DNA from: a bacterium
Lineage (GTDB): Bacteria > Patescibacteriota > Minisyncoccia > Phycocordibacterales > UBA918
Assembly: GCA_043719295.1 (NCBI GenBank)
Contig: JAYSUD010000008.1
Coordinates: 8,216-72,215 of the forward strand
Direction of reading: 5' to 3'
DNA: 64,000 nt
Position numbers and translations under genes: made by a program
Notes under the pieces: generated by a model
What the model was told of the DNA's origin: nothing
Database searches by the model: none
The model's input: the letters and a program-made list of their open reading frames with translations, nothing else
Part shown: positions 27,706-36,953 of the stretch, in pieces
How positions within the stretch are numbered: position 1 is the stretch's first letter
Layout: the number at the start of each line of letters is the position of its first letter

Positions 27706-28191
27706 CTATAAATAACTATCAAAATAGATTGCATGGCAAGTATAGCCACCCACATTCTTCTGCAAATAGTCCTGATGGTAACTTTCAGCAGGCCAAAAAC
27801 GTGTATACGGTTCAAGTGATGTAACAACAGGATTGTCCCAACGTTCACTCTCATTCACTACCTCAATCATCTCCTCTCCAATTTCTTTTTCTTTCTCATC
27901 TTTGTAGAAAATTGCAGAACGATACGAAGTGCCTTTGTCATTTCCCTGTTGATTTAAGGTTGTCGGGTTATGAACCTGGAAAAAGAAATCAAGAATTTGT
28001 TTGTATGAAATTACATTCTCATCATAGGTAACAAGAAGTGCTTCGGCGTGACCTTCATGTGATTCATACGTTGGATTTTCACCTTTGCCACCACTGTATC
28101 CAGCTTCAGTATCAAGAACACCTTTAAGATCACGAAAGAGTTCTTCCAATCCCCAGAAACACCCGCCAGCTATGATTGCTTCTTTTTGCAT
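27706..28191 (-). CDS. msrA: Peptide methionine sulfoxide reductase MsrA.
   Basis: MQKEAIIAGGCFWGLEELF... GCFWG active site. 161 aa. Confidence 0.9.
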   Translation of the reverse strand: MQKEAIIAGGCFWGLEELFRDLKGVLDTEAGYSGGKGENPTYESHEGHAEALLVTYDENVISYKQILDFFFQVHNPTTLNQQGNDKGTSYRSAIFYKDEKEKEIGEEMIEVVNESERWDNPVVTSLEPYTRFWPAESYHQDYLQKNVGGYTCHAIYFDSYL

Positions 28192-28250
28192 AGTTATTAT
28201 TATATTAAGAATTAACTTCTATTCTTTACTATCACCAGATAGCGACTCAG
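28151..28250 (-). repeat. Promoter/5'-CDS unit of msrA (copy 1, functional). Duplicated at 28487-28590 and, diverged, at 28321-28405.
   Basis: ~100 nt (ccccagaaacacccgccagctatgattgcttctttttgcatagttattattatattaagaattaacttctattctttactatca) recur nearly identically 336 nt upstream. Confidence 0.85.
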
Positions 28251-28320
28251 AATCTGTTCAGGTTGTCGCTCTTTTTCCAAAAGAGCAGGCAACCTCTTGC
28301 GAAGTGACATTTAGTCACTT

Positions 28321-28405
28321 CTCACCCCAGAAACATCCCCCTGCAAGTAAGGCTTCTTTTTGCATATAGTCTGATATATAAATTATGTACTTCTATTCTT
28401 ACAGA
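28321..28405 (-). pseudogene. Diverged decoy copy of the msrA start (would encode MQKEALLAGGCFWGEK*).
   Basis: On the minus strand reads ATGCAAAAAGAAGCCTTACTTGCAGGGGGATGTTTCTGGGGTGAGAAGTGA, then a hairpin and the nested-hairpin module. Confidence 0.6.
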
Positions 28406-28486
28406 ATCTGTCCACTCATTGGATTTTTTATTTCACTTCGTTCATAAAAACTCACAATGAGTCTTGCGACAGTCCCCCGGACTGTC

Positions 28487-28590
28487 TCACCCCAGAAACA
28501 CCCGCCAGCTATGATTGCTTCTTTTTGCATAGTTATTATTATATTAAGAATTAACTTCTATTCTTTACTATCAGTAGATAATGACTCAGG
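28487..28590 (-). pseudogene. Near-identical decoy copy of the msrA promoter plus first 14 codons, followed immediately by a hairpin and a U-run terminator.
   Basis: Minus-strand RNA: ...ATGCAAAAAGAAGCAATCATAGCTGGCGGGTGTTTCTGGGGTGAGACAGTCCGGGGGACTGTCGCAAGACTCATTGTGAGTTTTTAT. Confidence 0.7.
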
Positions 28591-28633
28591 ACCTGTCAAT
28601 TTGTCACTATTTTTAAAATAAAGTCACCTGACT

Positions 28634-29248
28634 TTATTTAATTTCTACTTGTACTTCATTACGATTCATCCAAGGTGGTGTCCATGGTGCATTGTATCCT
28701 GCGTACGAAGGTGTACCCACAATCACAACGCCATCTTTTGAAAGTGCATCTTGCAATAGTCTTTGTTTTTCAATTACACGTGATTCAGAACGAAACCAAG
28801 AAAAACGAAGTACCGCTATTTTTTGTGCTGGCACTTCTTTTAGGCTCACTCGTGCATCATTTGGAACAGGGAGTGTTGCCAATGTATATGAAGCTGGCAT
28901 CACAAATGAAATAACACGAGACGATCCTTCTAAACTCGCAACAACAGGGGCTGTCATTGCAATTTTTTCAGATGTCTTTTGAGTAACAGGAGCCGTCATT
29001 GCAATTTTTTCTTGAGCAGTATTGTCTCCAAAAATATATCCTGCAATAATACTAAATCCTTTGTTTAACGATTCGTCGTACGAACCTTCAACAGTGGTCT
29101 CTGCCACAATTCGAGCTTTATATTCCCGCACTTCATACATGCCTTCTTTTTTAAGAACCCCGTACTGTGCCTGTTCAACATTTGACCCAAAGTAACCCCA
29201 CACAGACCAAAGTACTAAAACAAGTACAACAATAATTAAAAATTTCAT
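28634..29248 (-). CDS. SOUL/HBP heme-binding family protein with an N-terminal membrane anchor.
   Basis: YEVREYKARIVAETTVEGSYDESLNKGFSIIAGYIFGDNTAQEKIAMTAPV... is SOUL-domain-like. A second IAMTAPV repeat is present. Confidence 0.5.
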   Translation of the reverse strand: MKFLIIVVLVLVLWSVWGYFGSNVEQAQYGVLKKEGMYEVREYKARIVAETTVEGSYDESLNKGFSIIAGYIFGDNTAQEKIAMTAPVTQKTSEKIAMTAPVVASLEGSSRVISFVMPASYTLATLPVPNDARVSLKEVPAQKIAVLRFSWFRSESRVIEKQRLLQDALSKDGVVIVGTPSYAGYNAPWTPPWMNRNEVQVEIK

Positions 29249-29405
29249 TGTTTTACTATAGCATTTTTTGCTTAACAGGTGGTGCGATTTTGTAACTGTA
29301 ATAATAAGGCAACCTATACGTCTATACTAAAGAGACTCCAACTTTTACTGTGTCTGTATAAATACAGCTCCACATCTCTATCATCTAATATATTTTAACT
29401 ACATT

Positions 29406-30332
29406 ATGGAAGACCCACAAAACCACAAAGAAGATACAACACATGATGGTCTTATATCGCCTGTAACATCACTCCAAACTGTCCCCAAGACTGCTACACA
29501 GAGCTCTTTATATCGTTATATTTTCTACGCAATTGTTGGATTAGTGCTTATTGGCACCGCATTTGTTGCATTTGCAATGCAAAGTATCCCTGGTGACACG
29601 CTCTATAGTGCAAAAACTTCAGTAGTTGAAAATGTTGCAGAGAAACTGTACCTTAGTAACAAAAGTAAAGCATCATACCAATTAACACTACTGCAACATC
29701 GACTCGCTGAAATCAAAGAACTATCAAAAAAAGAAACGGTACCTGAAGCTGATACACTCATTTTATCATCTCATATTGATACCCACACGGCGTCGCTTGA
29801 GTCGTTAATTGGAGCATCAATTGATAGTGCGTTCCCGAAAACAGAGGTTCTTAATTTACTGAACGAATTTGCAAGTGTTGCAGGCGCAATTGAGACCATT
29901 GGTGAAGGGACGCCAAAGCTTCAATCTGTTGGTGATACTGCAGAAAATGCACGAAGTGCATCTGTTTCACTCTACAAAAAACGAGCACTGAGTTTTGTGC
30001 AAACTGAAGCACCAACTGATGTGTATGCGTATATTGCTCTACAACTTAAAACCGTTAAAGACGATTTAAGCGAAAATGCAGTAAGTGAGGATGCTGCCGA
30101 AAAAGTTGATACCTATTTAGACAGAGTTGATCCTGCAATTGCCAAAAGTGACCTAACTAAAGTAATTGTATCAATTGCCGAAGCATACCGATTTATTGCT
30201 ATGGAAGTCTACAGTGGTGTCGTTCCTACAGAGGAACAAACTGTTCAGGACAGCACACAAGCAACATCAACAGAAACGGATACGAACGCTTCAACATCAG
30301 ACTCTAAAGTTAATGATGTTGTTGTTCCATAA
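29406..30332 (+). CDS. Hypothetical membrane-anchored protein (one TM, alpha-helical ectodomain, Thr/Ser-rich C-terminus).
   Basis: 308 aa with TM at residues ~40-62. No recognised motif. Confidence 0.4.
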   Translation: MEDPQNHKEDTTHDGLISPVTSLQTVPKTATQSSLYRYIFYAIVGLVLIGTAFVAFAMQSIPGDTLYSAKTSVVENVAEKLYLSNKSKASYQLTLLQHRLAEIKELSKKETVPEADTLILSSHIDTHTASLESLIGASIDSAFPKTEVLNLLNEFASVAGAIETIGEGTPKLQSVGDTAENARSASVSLYKKRALSFVQTEAPTDVYAYIALQLKTVKDDLSENAVSEDAAEKVDTYLDRVDPAIAKSDLTKVIVSIAEAYRFIAMEVYSGVVPTEEQTVQDSTQATSTETDTNASTSDSKVNDVVVP

Positions 30333-30531
30333 AATATGTTCGCAGAAAAATGACTCATAATTGAGTCATTTTTCTACACATTTTAATCACTTGTACAAAA
30401 TCCTATATAACCTAGACAAATGAGTGCAATTCGAGACGCACAAACAAAAAAGGACGAGTCGTACGCATAGTACGGTGAGGAGTATTTTCGTGCAGTGCAA
30501 CGAAGAAGTGTGCCATTTGTGTAGGTTATGT

Positions 30532-31134
30532 TTACTTCCCTTCAACCAAATACCTATACACCTGGAATCCAAGTATTGCGCCGATAATCGGCGCAAACAA
30601 ATACACAAAAGTAAGTGAATTGAGCGCAAATGCTACTGCGGGGTTTAATATTCCCGAAGCGCCTAAAAATGAAGCAATTAAAATTCCGAACAGAAGTGAT
30701 CCTCCTACCACCATTCCTGACATTTGTTCTTTGGCTTTCCCGTATACAACCGATGCAATCCCAAAGTTAAAGAAAAATGCTCCAAGCATCTCAGCTAAAA
30801 AAACCGTCACTTCAAACGGTGCAACTATAGCCGGAGTGACCGTGAAAAAAACTTTTGCAACAACTATTGCGCCAACTGCTCCAATGATTTGTGCAACAAT
30901 GTACCGAATTCCCTCAATACGTGAAATTTTTCGAACTGACATAAGTCCAAGTGTCACTGACGGATTAATGTGACAACCTGATACTGCTCCAATTGTGTAA
31001 ACAAAAAGACCAAGGGTAAAACCTGCGATAAGTGGTACCGCCATTGGAAGTGTTCCTGTAAATGAAACTGCTCCTAACACAACGGTTGCAAGTGCAAATG
31101 TTCCAACTGCTTCAGCAATATATTTTTGATACAT
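30532..31134 (-). CDS. Aquaporin / MIP-family channel.
   Basis: Two half-helix motifs HINPSVTLG and ILNPAVAFA (NPS/NPA), six TM helices. 200 aa. Confidence 0.8.
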   Translation of the reverse strand: MYQKYIAEAVGTFALATVVLGAVSFTGTLPMAVPLIAGFTLGLFVYTIGAVSGCHINPSVTLGLMSVRKISRIEGIRYIVAQIIGAVGAIVVAKVFFTVTPAIVAPFEVTVFLAEMLGAFFFNFGIASVVYGKAKEQMSGMVVGGSLLFGILIASFLGASGILNPAVAFALNSLTFVYLFAPIIGAILGFQVYRYLVEGK

Positions 31135-31196
31135 GAATTTAACTGTTTGTTATTAATACCTATAATGGTAGCACTCTTTATTTTGCAATTTAGAGC

Positions 31197-31430
31197 TTAT
31201 TTGATTTTTGAAGCGGTACGCATGCGATGCAGATAGAGCTTTTCAACTTTTTCCCGTGCCCAGGGGGTTTTACGTAAAAAAGTAAGACTTGAAGCTATGC
31301 TTGGGGTATCAGTAAAACACTTTATACGTATCTTTCTTCCAAGCTCTTCAAACCCAAGGTCATTAACAAGATACTCAAGTATCGCCTTGAGCATAATTCC
31401 ATGTAATGGGTTTTTAGGTTGTATTACCAT
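31197..31430 (-). CDS. Small conserved protein (DUF2132/VF530-like).
   Basis: NPLHGIMLKAILEYLVNDLGFEELGRKIRIKCF...LRKTPWAREKVEKLYL. Confidence 0.4.
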   Translation of the reverse strand: MVIQPKNPLHGIMLKAILEYLVNDLGFEELGRKIRIKCFTDTPSIASSLTFLRKTPWAREKVEKLYLHRMRTASKIK

Positions 31431-31446
31431 AGGTATATCAAAGTAT

Positions 31447-32295
31447 TTATTTAGAAGATGCGCTACGGTATGTAAGTGGAGCCTGCATCGACGGAGCTAC
31501 TCGAGCCCAAGTTATTTTACCATCAGAGATGTACGCATCAGAGACAACTTCATCAACCTCAATAGTTCGCTCTTCAACAATTGCGTTACATCGTCGCAAT
31601 GCTTCAAGAATAAAATCTCGCTCATCATCAACATCTACATCAATTCTATGTGAGGCTCTATACGTAAGCGGTGTAAAACCAAAACCAATATCTCGTGAAG
31701 CAGCTCCAACCCACGTAATTGGTTTCGTTAAATCAACTGAGTGTCGCGTAATCCAGTATCTGAAATCGCGTAAACCTATTCGAGGGTCTACGTTTGCTGC
31801 CCAAAAGCGTACATGGTGACGTTTACGAGGACTGTTGCCAATAGCGCGCTCAAACCCGTAATCCTGTTTACGACCAAAAAGAAATAATGGACTAAACGGA
31901 GCTTGGGGATAGGGTTTATTAAGCGCAAAGCAAACTACCAATTTAAAACCTGTTTTAATTGTTAACGGATCAGTTTCATACCATCCTGCATTTCTAAATG
32001 CATGAATAAGCTCAGGTGCAGTTGCTTCAAACAATAAGTTAACCGGGTCTGCAACAAGTCCGTCACCGGCTCTGGTCATTCGAGGAATACGTCCGCGACG
32101 TAGAAGTGTCACACCGATATTGATAAAAAGTGGAAGAACTACATAGAGCGGTACCATGTACGCAAGCAAAAGTGCAACAAACATTGGCAACTGTTCATCT
32201 AACGTTGCAAAAACACGCGTGACAAAAAACCAGACAATGCCGATCCCAAGCACAAACCAAATTGAACGTTGAAATACTCGACTGAGAAAATGCAT
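31447..32295 (-). CDS. Hypothetical membrane protein (N-terminal TM pair plus soluble domain; possibly LssY-C-like).
   Basis: 282 aa with hydrophobic N-terminus. Family assignment is weak. Confidence 0.35.
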   Translation of the reverse strand: MHFLSRVFQRSIWFVLGIGIVWFFVTRVFATLDEQLPMFVALLLAYMVPLYVVLPLFINIGVTLLRRGRIPRMTRAGDGLVADPVNLLFEATAPELIHAFRNAGWYETDPLTIKTGFKLVVCFALNKPYPQAPFSPLFLFGRKQDYGFERAIGNSPRKRHHVRFWAANVDPRIGLRDFRYWITRHSVDLTKPITWVGAASRDIGFGFTPLTYRASHRIDVDVDDERDFILEALRRCNAIVEERTIEVDEVVSDAYISDGKITWARVAPSMQAPLTYRSASSK

Positions 32296-32339
32296 AGTAT
32301 GCCAAGTATACCATTACTACAATATGCTAGAACAAATGT

Positions 32340-32744
32340 TTACCAATTCAAATACGTAATAGTCAGTTGCAATATAGTCGCAAAGGAAACCCAGAGTGTA
32401 TAGGGAATGTTTATGTAAGAAACCCATTTTATGTATGGATAAATTGCGATAAGCCCCCACACCAACGTTACCAAGACCAATAGAATATCAATTGATGCAA
32501 GCAAGTTATTTTGTAAGCCAAACTGAAGTGGAGTAAAAAGCGCATTGAAAATCAAGTTTAATGCAAATGGAACCGCAACCTTTTGTGGTATCTCTTTTTT
32601 ATATACTTTGTAAAAAACGGCAAAAAAAGAAACGGCGATGATTGCGTACAACACTGCCCACACAGGACCAAATAACCATGCTGGAGGTGCCCATTCTGGC
32701 TTAACCAATTCTGTGTACCAGTTATATGTTGTATTCATAATCAT
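32340..32744 (-). CDS. tspO: TspO/MBR family tryptophan-rich sensory protein.
   Basis: LVKPEWAPPAWLFGPVWAVLYAIIA..., five TM, many Trp. Confidence 0.8.
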   Translation of the reverse strand: MIMNTTYNWYTELVKPEWAPPAWLFGPVWAVLYAIIAVSFFAVFYKVYKKEIPQKVAVPFALNLIFNALFTPLQFGLQNNLLASIDILLVLVTLVWGLIAIYPYIKWVSYINIPYTLWVSFATILQLTITYLNW

Positions 32745-32835
32745 AGTATATCACTTTAAAGTACAAGAAATTGAAAAAGGGTGCGTCCGCAGATAGCGAT
32801 CGCACCCCTTCGTACTGGCATAATCCCAGCACTAG

Positions 32836-33090
32836 TCATAGCGACACCTGCCCGAACTCAGCGAGCAACAATGCCTCGGCTTCAGTATGAGAAAGTCCAG
32901 GTGTATGAACCCACAACAACATGAGGTGCATCACAACCTGTTTAGTCACCCCCTCAAAGCGCTCACGGAGCACTGATTCAGCATGGTGTGGGCGAAGACG
33001 GTAGCACCGCTTTGCCAACACCAATGCATTTTCTCTGAAGGTGGGGTGCTCCTTCGCGTATTCATGCAGACATTTTTCCCTAACTTTCAT
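32836..33090 (-). CDS. Hypothetical protein in a GC-rich (~55%) patch.
   Basis: 84 aa. The surrounding 32.8-33.6 kb has overlapping short ORFs on both strands, typical of degraded GC-rich DNA. Confidence 0.25.
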   Translation of the reverse strand: MKVREKCLHEYAKEHPTFRENALVLAKRCYRLRPHHAESVLRERFEGVTKQVVMHLMLLWVHTPGLSHTEAEALLLAEFGQVSL

Positions 33091-33496
33091 TCTTACACCC
33101 TTTCATGCAAGCCGGCGTATCCCAACAACTTGGAAAACTTCTCCCGGAATTGGTATTTGTACAATACTGTACCAATAGCAATTCCGAGGGGCGATGTTTT
33201 TAGCATCGCCCAGGGAAATAGTTTTGCTCTACCAGTGCCTTGTTCCTGTGGAGAGGTCGAGACGTCCTTTCCCACGCGGGTTTTTTGGATTATCCACGAA
33301 CGTCACTCTCTCCATTACTTTTGATGCAACAGGAAGATCCCCGTCTTCTCCGCATTGCATCAACCCAAACGTCCGAAGCGCTGGGTCAGATGAACAATCA
33401 TCTGACGGCACTCCGTCAGATCCAAAATCATGTTCTCTTGGCATTTTTCATCTTTCTTGAATTATGTACGTATCCCATACACGCACACCCGAGCCT

Positions 33497-33558
33497 CCCT
33501 GTAGCGACTCGGTGTACAGAGCTTTACTTGAAAGCTTCATACACCGAGTCGCTACAAC
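33497..33558 (+). repeat. Perfect 17-bp inverted repeat with a 28-nt spacer.
   Basis: tgtagcgactcggtgta...tacaccgagtcgctaca. Confidence 0.7.
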
Positions 33559-33855
33559 TATTTCCTATTCTTTTAAATGAACACGTACGTCATCTCTAAA
33601 CAAAAAACAAGTTCTACGCTTAGGTAGAACTTGTTTTTGTTTAGAGCACTTGTGCAAACTCATCGTAAAACAGTTCTATCTAGGTAGGTAAGACAGACAT
33701 GAGAAGCACGATTGAACGTGAACCCTGTGTCAAACTGTTTTTATTACGACGTTGCATACCTTCAGAATATACCCTTTCATAAAAAATCTGTCAAATAGAA
33801 AGACAAGTACGGCAAAACACTCACTACATTAATCTTTCTAGCTTCCCTTTTCGTT

Positions 33856-34212
33856 TCACAATGTTTTTATAGTCCCACTGGATTTCTTTTGATTTTTAAG
33901 CCACCGTCGTACGTCTTTAGAGTGGACCTCATCAAGCTTCGTATACCGTGCATCAGCAGCCTTAAAACTCCCTTCGTTTTGTAACCCCTCTTCTTCAAAC
34001 GATTGCCCGCTCCAAAACAGTAATCGGACAGAATCTTTTAACTTGCCATACCCAACAATTGGATTCCCTTTCAAAAACCAAACTGGGTGTCCATGCCACA
34101 CTTTACTTTCAGCGTTCTTAAGCACTCCTTCGATAAGTGACAATAATAAATCGCATATTGCTCTGTCCTCTTTTTTGAGTGCTTTGTTATACATACTAAT
34201 ATCTTTTGTCAT
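33856..34212 (-). CDS. DUF1801 (YdhG-like) domain protein.
   Basis: AESKVWHGHPVWFLKGNPIVGYGKLKDSVRLLFWSG. Confidence 0.45.
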   Translation of the reverse strand: MTKDISMYNKALKKEDRAICDLLLSLIEGVLKNAESKVWHGHPVWFLKGNPIVGYGKLKDSVRLLFWSGQSFEEEGLQNEGSFKAADARYTKLDEVHSKDVRRWLKNQKKSSGTIKTL

Positions 34213-34238
34213 GTATATTTTTTGCTTCGTTAAAGTTT

Positions 34239-34493
34239 TTAGAGTTTTTCAATTTCTTTAAGATCGTGATCAGGGATATATAAAAGAAGAACTCCGATTA
34301 TAATTCCAGCAAGTCCTGTCCAAAATAAATCCCCACCAAAGTAGAGTGCCTCAACAACATCAAGCACATGCCAAATACCCCGCCAAATCATCACAAGTCC
34401 AACTACAATAGAAAGTGTACGGACAAAGTATCTAAAGTCTTTATGTTTTTCCTTTCGCATATTTAGTATTGTATCACGCAGATACATACACAA
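34239..34493 (-). CDS. Small membrane protein.
   Basis: 84 aa, two TM. Confidence 0.35.
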   Translation of the reverse strand: MCMYLRDTILNMRKEKHKDFRYFVRTLSIVVGLVMIWRGIWHVLDVVEALYFGGDLFWTGLAGIIIGVLLLYIPDHDLKEIEKL

Positions 34494-34505
34494 GATGAAG
34501 AATAT

Positions 34506-35522
34506 CTATGTACGGGCAAGAAGTTCCACTTTTTGTTCTTGCGTTAAATTGGTATCAAGCATCTTGGATGCGCCGTATGTTTTAAGTGTGTATACAAATG
34601 CGTTATCTCCGTAATTTTTATCAGTTGCCGCTTGAAACGCTGTGTGTGCAAGCATGTAGTACACATCAAACCCTGTTAAGAGCTCCGATTGAGAGAGTGA
34701 TTCAATGGTGTCACTTTTTGTCCTAAATTCCCCATCAAACCACTCCAATACATTAGCCATAGTCCCCATCCCCGCAAAATAGGCATTGATAAAAAATGGT
34801 ACATAAAACTCTTTCTCAAAACGAACTGTATCACCATCAAAGAAGTTTAGTCTAATCCGTTCTAGAGCCTCACCACAGCGTGATTGAAAATAACTATTAA
34901 TTTGCGACAGGTATTTGTTAATCACAAACATTTGATCAGTAAGCGACTGTGGGTTCATTCCTGCATCTTTATGTTCGTTCCACACAAAAGACATAATCTG
35001 CATTAAGCTACGAGCACCATCTTCACTCACCTCCCCTGCATCATAGCCAGACTCAACAATCGGAAGTGCCTGAAATAACTTCTTAAGTTCTGTTTGTACC
35101 ACAAACGACACACCGTTAACTACAAGTGTCTCGCCTATATACTGCATTCGAGATCTATTATGTACATCATTTTTTGTGATCTCTGATGCAAAGGGTAAAA
35201 CATGTGGTAACTCTCTTTTATATACAATTGCATACGCATCAACGTCAGTATTAAACCAAATCGATTTTGATTCTTCATGAACAACTTCATGAGTATCTTC
35301 AAGATGACCTGAAAGTGACTCATCTTCTTCCTCAGCTACATCAAGTTTTGGTTCTGGTACGTCCACATCTTCATTTATATTTTCAATAGGCTGATTTAAA
35401 AGTGCAAATCCCCCAACCGCACCAACCGCCGCATTAGCTCCTAGTGCTCCCATAAACCATCTTCTTGTGACGTTTGGTGTCTCCTTTTTTGTACCACTCA
35501 CACGTTGTGGTTTTTCTGACAT
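34506..35522 (-). CDS. Secreted protein with a twin-arginine (Tat) signal peptide.
   Basis: N-terminus ...TRRWFMGALGANAAVGAVGGFALL: S/T-R-R-x-F-hydrophobic Tat motif. Confidence 0.5.
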   Translation of the reverse strand: MSEKPQRVSGTKKETPNVTRRWFMGALGANAAVGAVGGFALLNQPIENINEDVDVPEPKLDVAEEEDESLSGHLEDTHEVVHEESKSIWFNTDVDAYAIVYKRELPHVLPFASEITKNDVHNRSRMQYIGETLVVNGVSFVVQTELKKLFQALPIVESGYDAGEVSEDGARSLMQIMSFVWNEHKDAGMNPQSLTDQMFVINKYLSQINSYFQSRCGEALERIRLNFFDGDTVRFEKEFYVPFFINAYFAGMGTMANVLEWFDGEFRTKSDTIESLSQSELLTGFDVYYMLAHTAFQAATDKNYGDNAFVYTLKTYGASKMLDTNLTQEQKVELLART

Positions 35523-35715
35523 ACCTCTATTCTACCTAAAAAGTTTATTAACTGTAAATGTCATCACCAATATGGAAAATTTGATAGCTACAACTGGAAT
35601 CAGTGTAGCTATCAAAACCAAAAAAATCAAGACTGGAGGGGAGATTTTTTTGCCTATTTACTATGATTGATGCTTATAAAGCATTATTTTCACCAGTTGC
35701 TGCTGCTGTCAAAAA

Positions 35716-36900
35716 TTATTGGTACTGTATAAAAATTGGCTTCGGATTCAGTTGTAGAGCTTCAGAAGGTGTAAAAATACCAGTACTTGGTGCTTTAAGG
35801 TCATTTTTATAGAAAATCTTGAGCCCTGCAAACTGTACTGGTTCAGGTTGAATTACTTGTGCATAGGTCCCTCGTTTAAGATCCTTTGGGCCCCAACCAT
35901 CCATTACGATAATCACCTGCACTTCGGGTGTCGGCGTAATCAAAGCAGAGTCTTTCACCATATTTTGGGTAAACCGGTGGACCAAGAGTACCTTTGGCGA
36001 TAATTTATTGGTGCGAACAATTTCTGACATGTAGTTGATCACGTAGTTGATATCAGCAGCATTATGCGAGCCAATGACTGTACCAGGCTTATCCCCTGTT
36101 TTCATCGAAAACTCTGGGTCGAGTGCTAAATGAACTTCCGGACGTTCTAAATAGGTTTTAAATTTGGGCAACTCTCGCTCAATAGGACTAAGGCCAATTT
36201 GCATATCCAAAATGAGTATTGCATCTGCCTTCAGAGCCAAGGCATATGCTTTTTCGATTTCAGTTGCAGGCATCATTGCCCGATACATCCCATCCCTTCC
36301 GCCATCGGCCTGCGCTACCATCGCAATATATTCAATTGCCAATTGTACGGGAGTATTTGGATCAGCCGCTTCCCATAAGGCTTTAGTAGCATTGAGACGA
36401 CGCAAAACTTCATCCGGTTCATACTCACCTAAAATCCCCATGTGCCGTGAGTAGAAATTTCCATAGTAAGAAAGGATTCTTTTAAATGGCAAAATCGCCC
36501 CACCATGGGGATACAAAGCCGAAGCTGGCCAACGCTTCCCTTCAATAGTGACATTACTGCTACTACTGTACGTTGGAAGAATGGCTTTAAATACCGGTAC
36601 TGTAGTAGAACTTGATGTCCCTGAAGTAGTAAGAGGCTTTGGGGCAACGTAGTTTGCAAGTACAAGTAATCGCTTATCGTAATCTTCCGTATCAAGGGGT
36701 AATGGCCACGAAGGAGCCGCCACTTCTGTAACTACTTCAGAATCAGTTCTTGAGAGCGCTGAACTTGTGCCACTTTGTACAGCACTTTTATCATAACTGA
36801 CTTTACTCACACTCAAAGCTTGCACCCCAAACGCCCCCGCAAACAAAACCGGAATGGCAAGCGCAAACAACAACTTATATTTTTTAGCATCTTCAATCAT
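35716..36900 (-). CDS. Hypothetical exported protein (signal anchor; glycosyl-hydrolase-like C-terminal region uncertain).
   Basis: ~395 aa, TM KLLFALAIPVLFAGAFGV, Ser/Thr-rich linker. Confidence 0.4.
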   Translation of the reverse strand: MIEDAKKYKLLFALAIPVLFAGAFGVQALSVSKVSYDKSAVQSGTSSALSRTDSEVVTEVAAPSWPLPLDTEDYDKRLLVLANYVAPKPLTTSGTSSSTTVPVFKAILPTYSSSSNVTIEGKRWPASALYPHGGAILPFKRILSYYGNFYSRHMGILGEYEPDEVLRRLNATKALWEAADPNTPVQLAIEYIAMVAQADGGRDGMYRAMMPATEIEKAYALALKADAILILDMQIGLSPIERELPKFKTYLERPEVHLALDPEFSMKTGDKPGTVIGSHNAADINYVINYMSEIVRTNKLSPKVLLVHRFTQNMVKDSALITPTPEVQVIIVMDGWGPKDLKRGTYAQVIQPEPVQFAGLKIFYKNDLKAPSTGIFTPSEALQLNPKPIFIQYQ

Positions 36901-36953
36901 ATATGTGATGATATCACAGTACCAAAGCATATGTACAAAATACAGGTACTGCT

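Noticed and set aside
28296-28500. Recurrent GGUGAGA-hairpin-GCAAG motif upstream of msrA, which looked like a small riboswitch aptamer.
   Set aside because: In context, GGUGAG is the continuation of the duplicated msrA coding sequence (TGG GGT GAG = W G E) at the duplication junction. The element is better explained as a decoy 5'-CDS plus terminator than as a ligand-binding aptamer.
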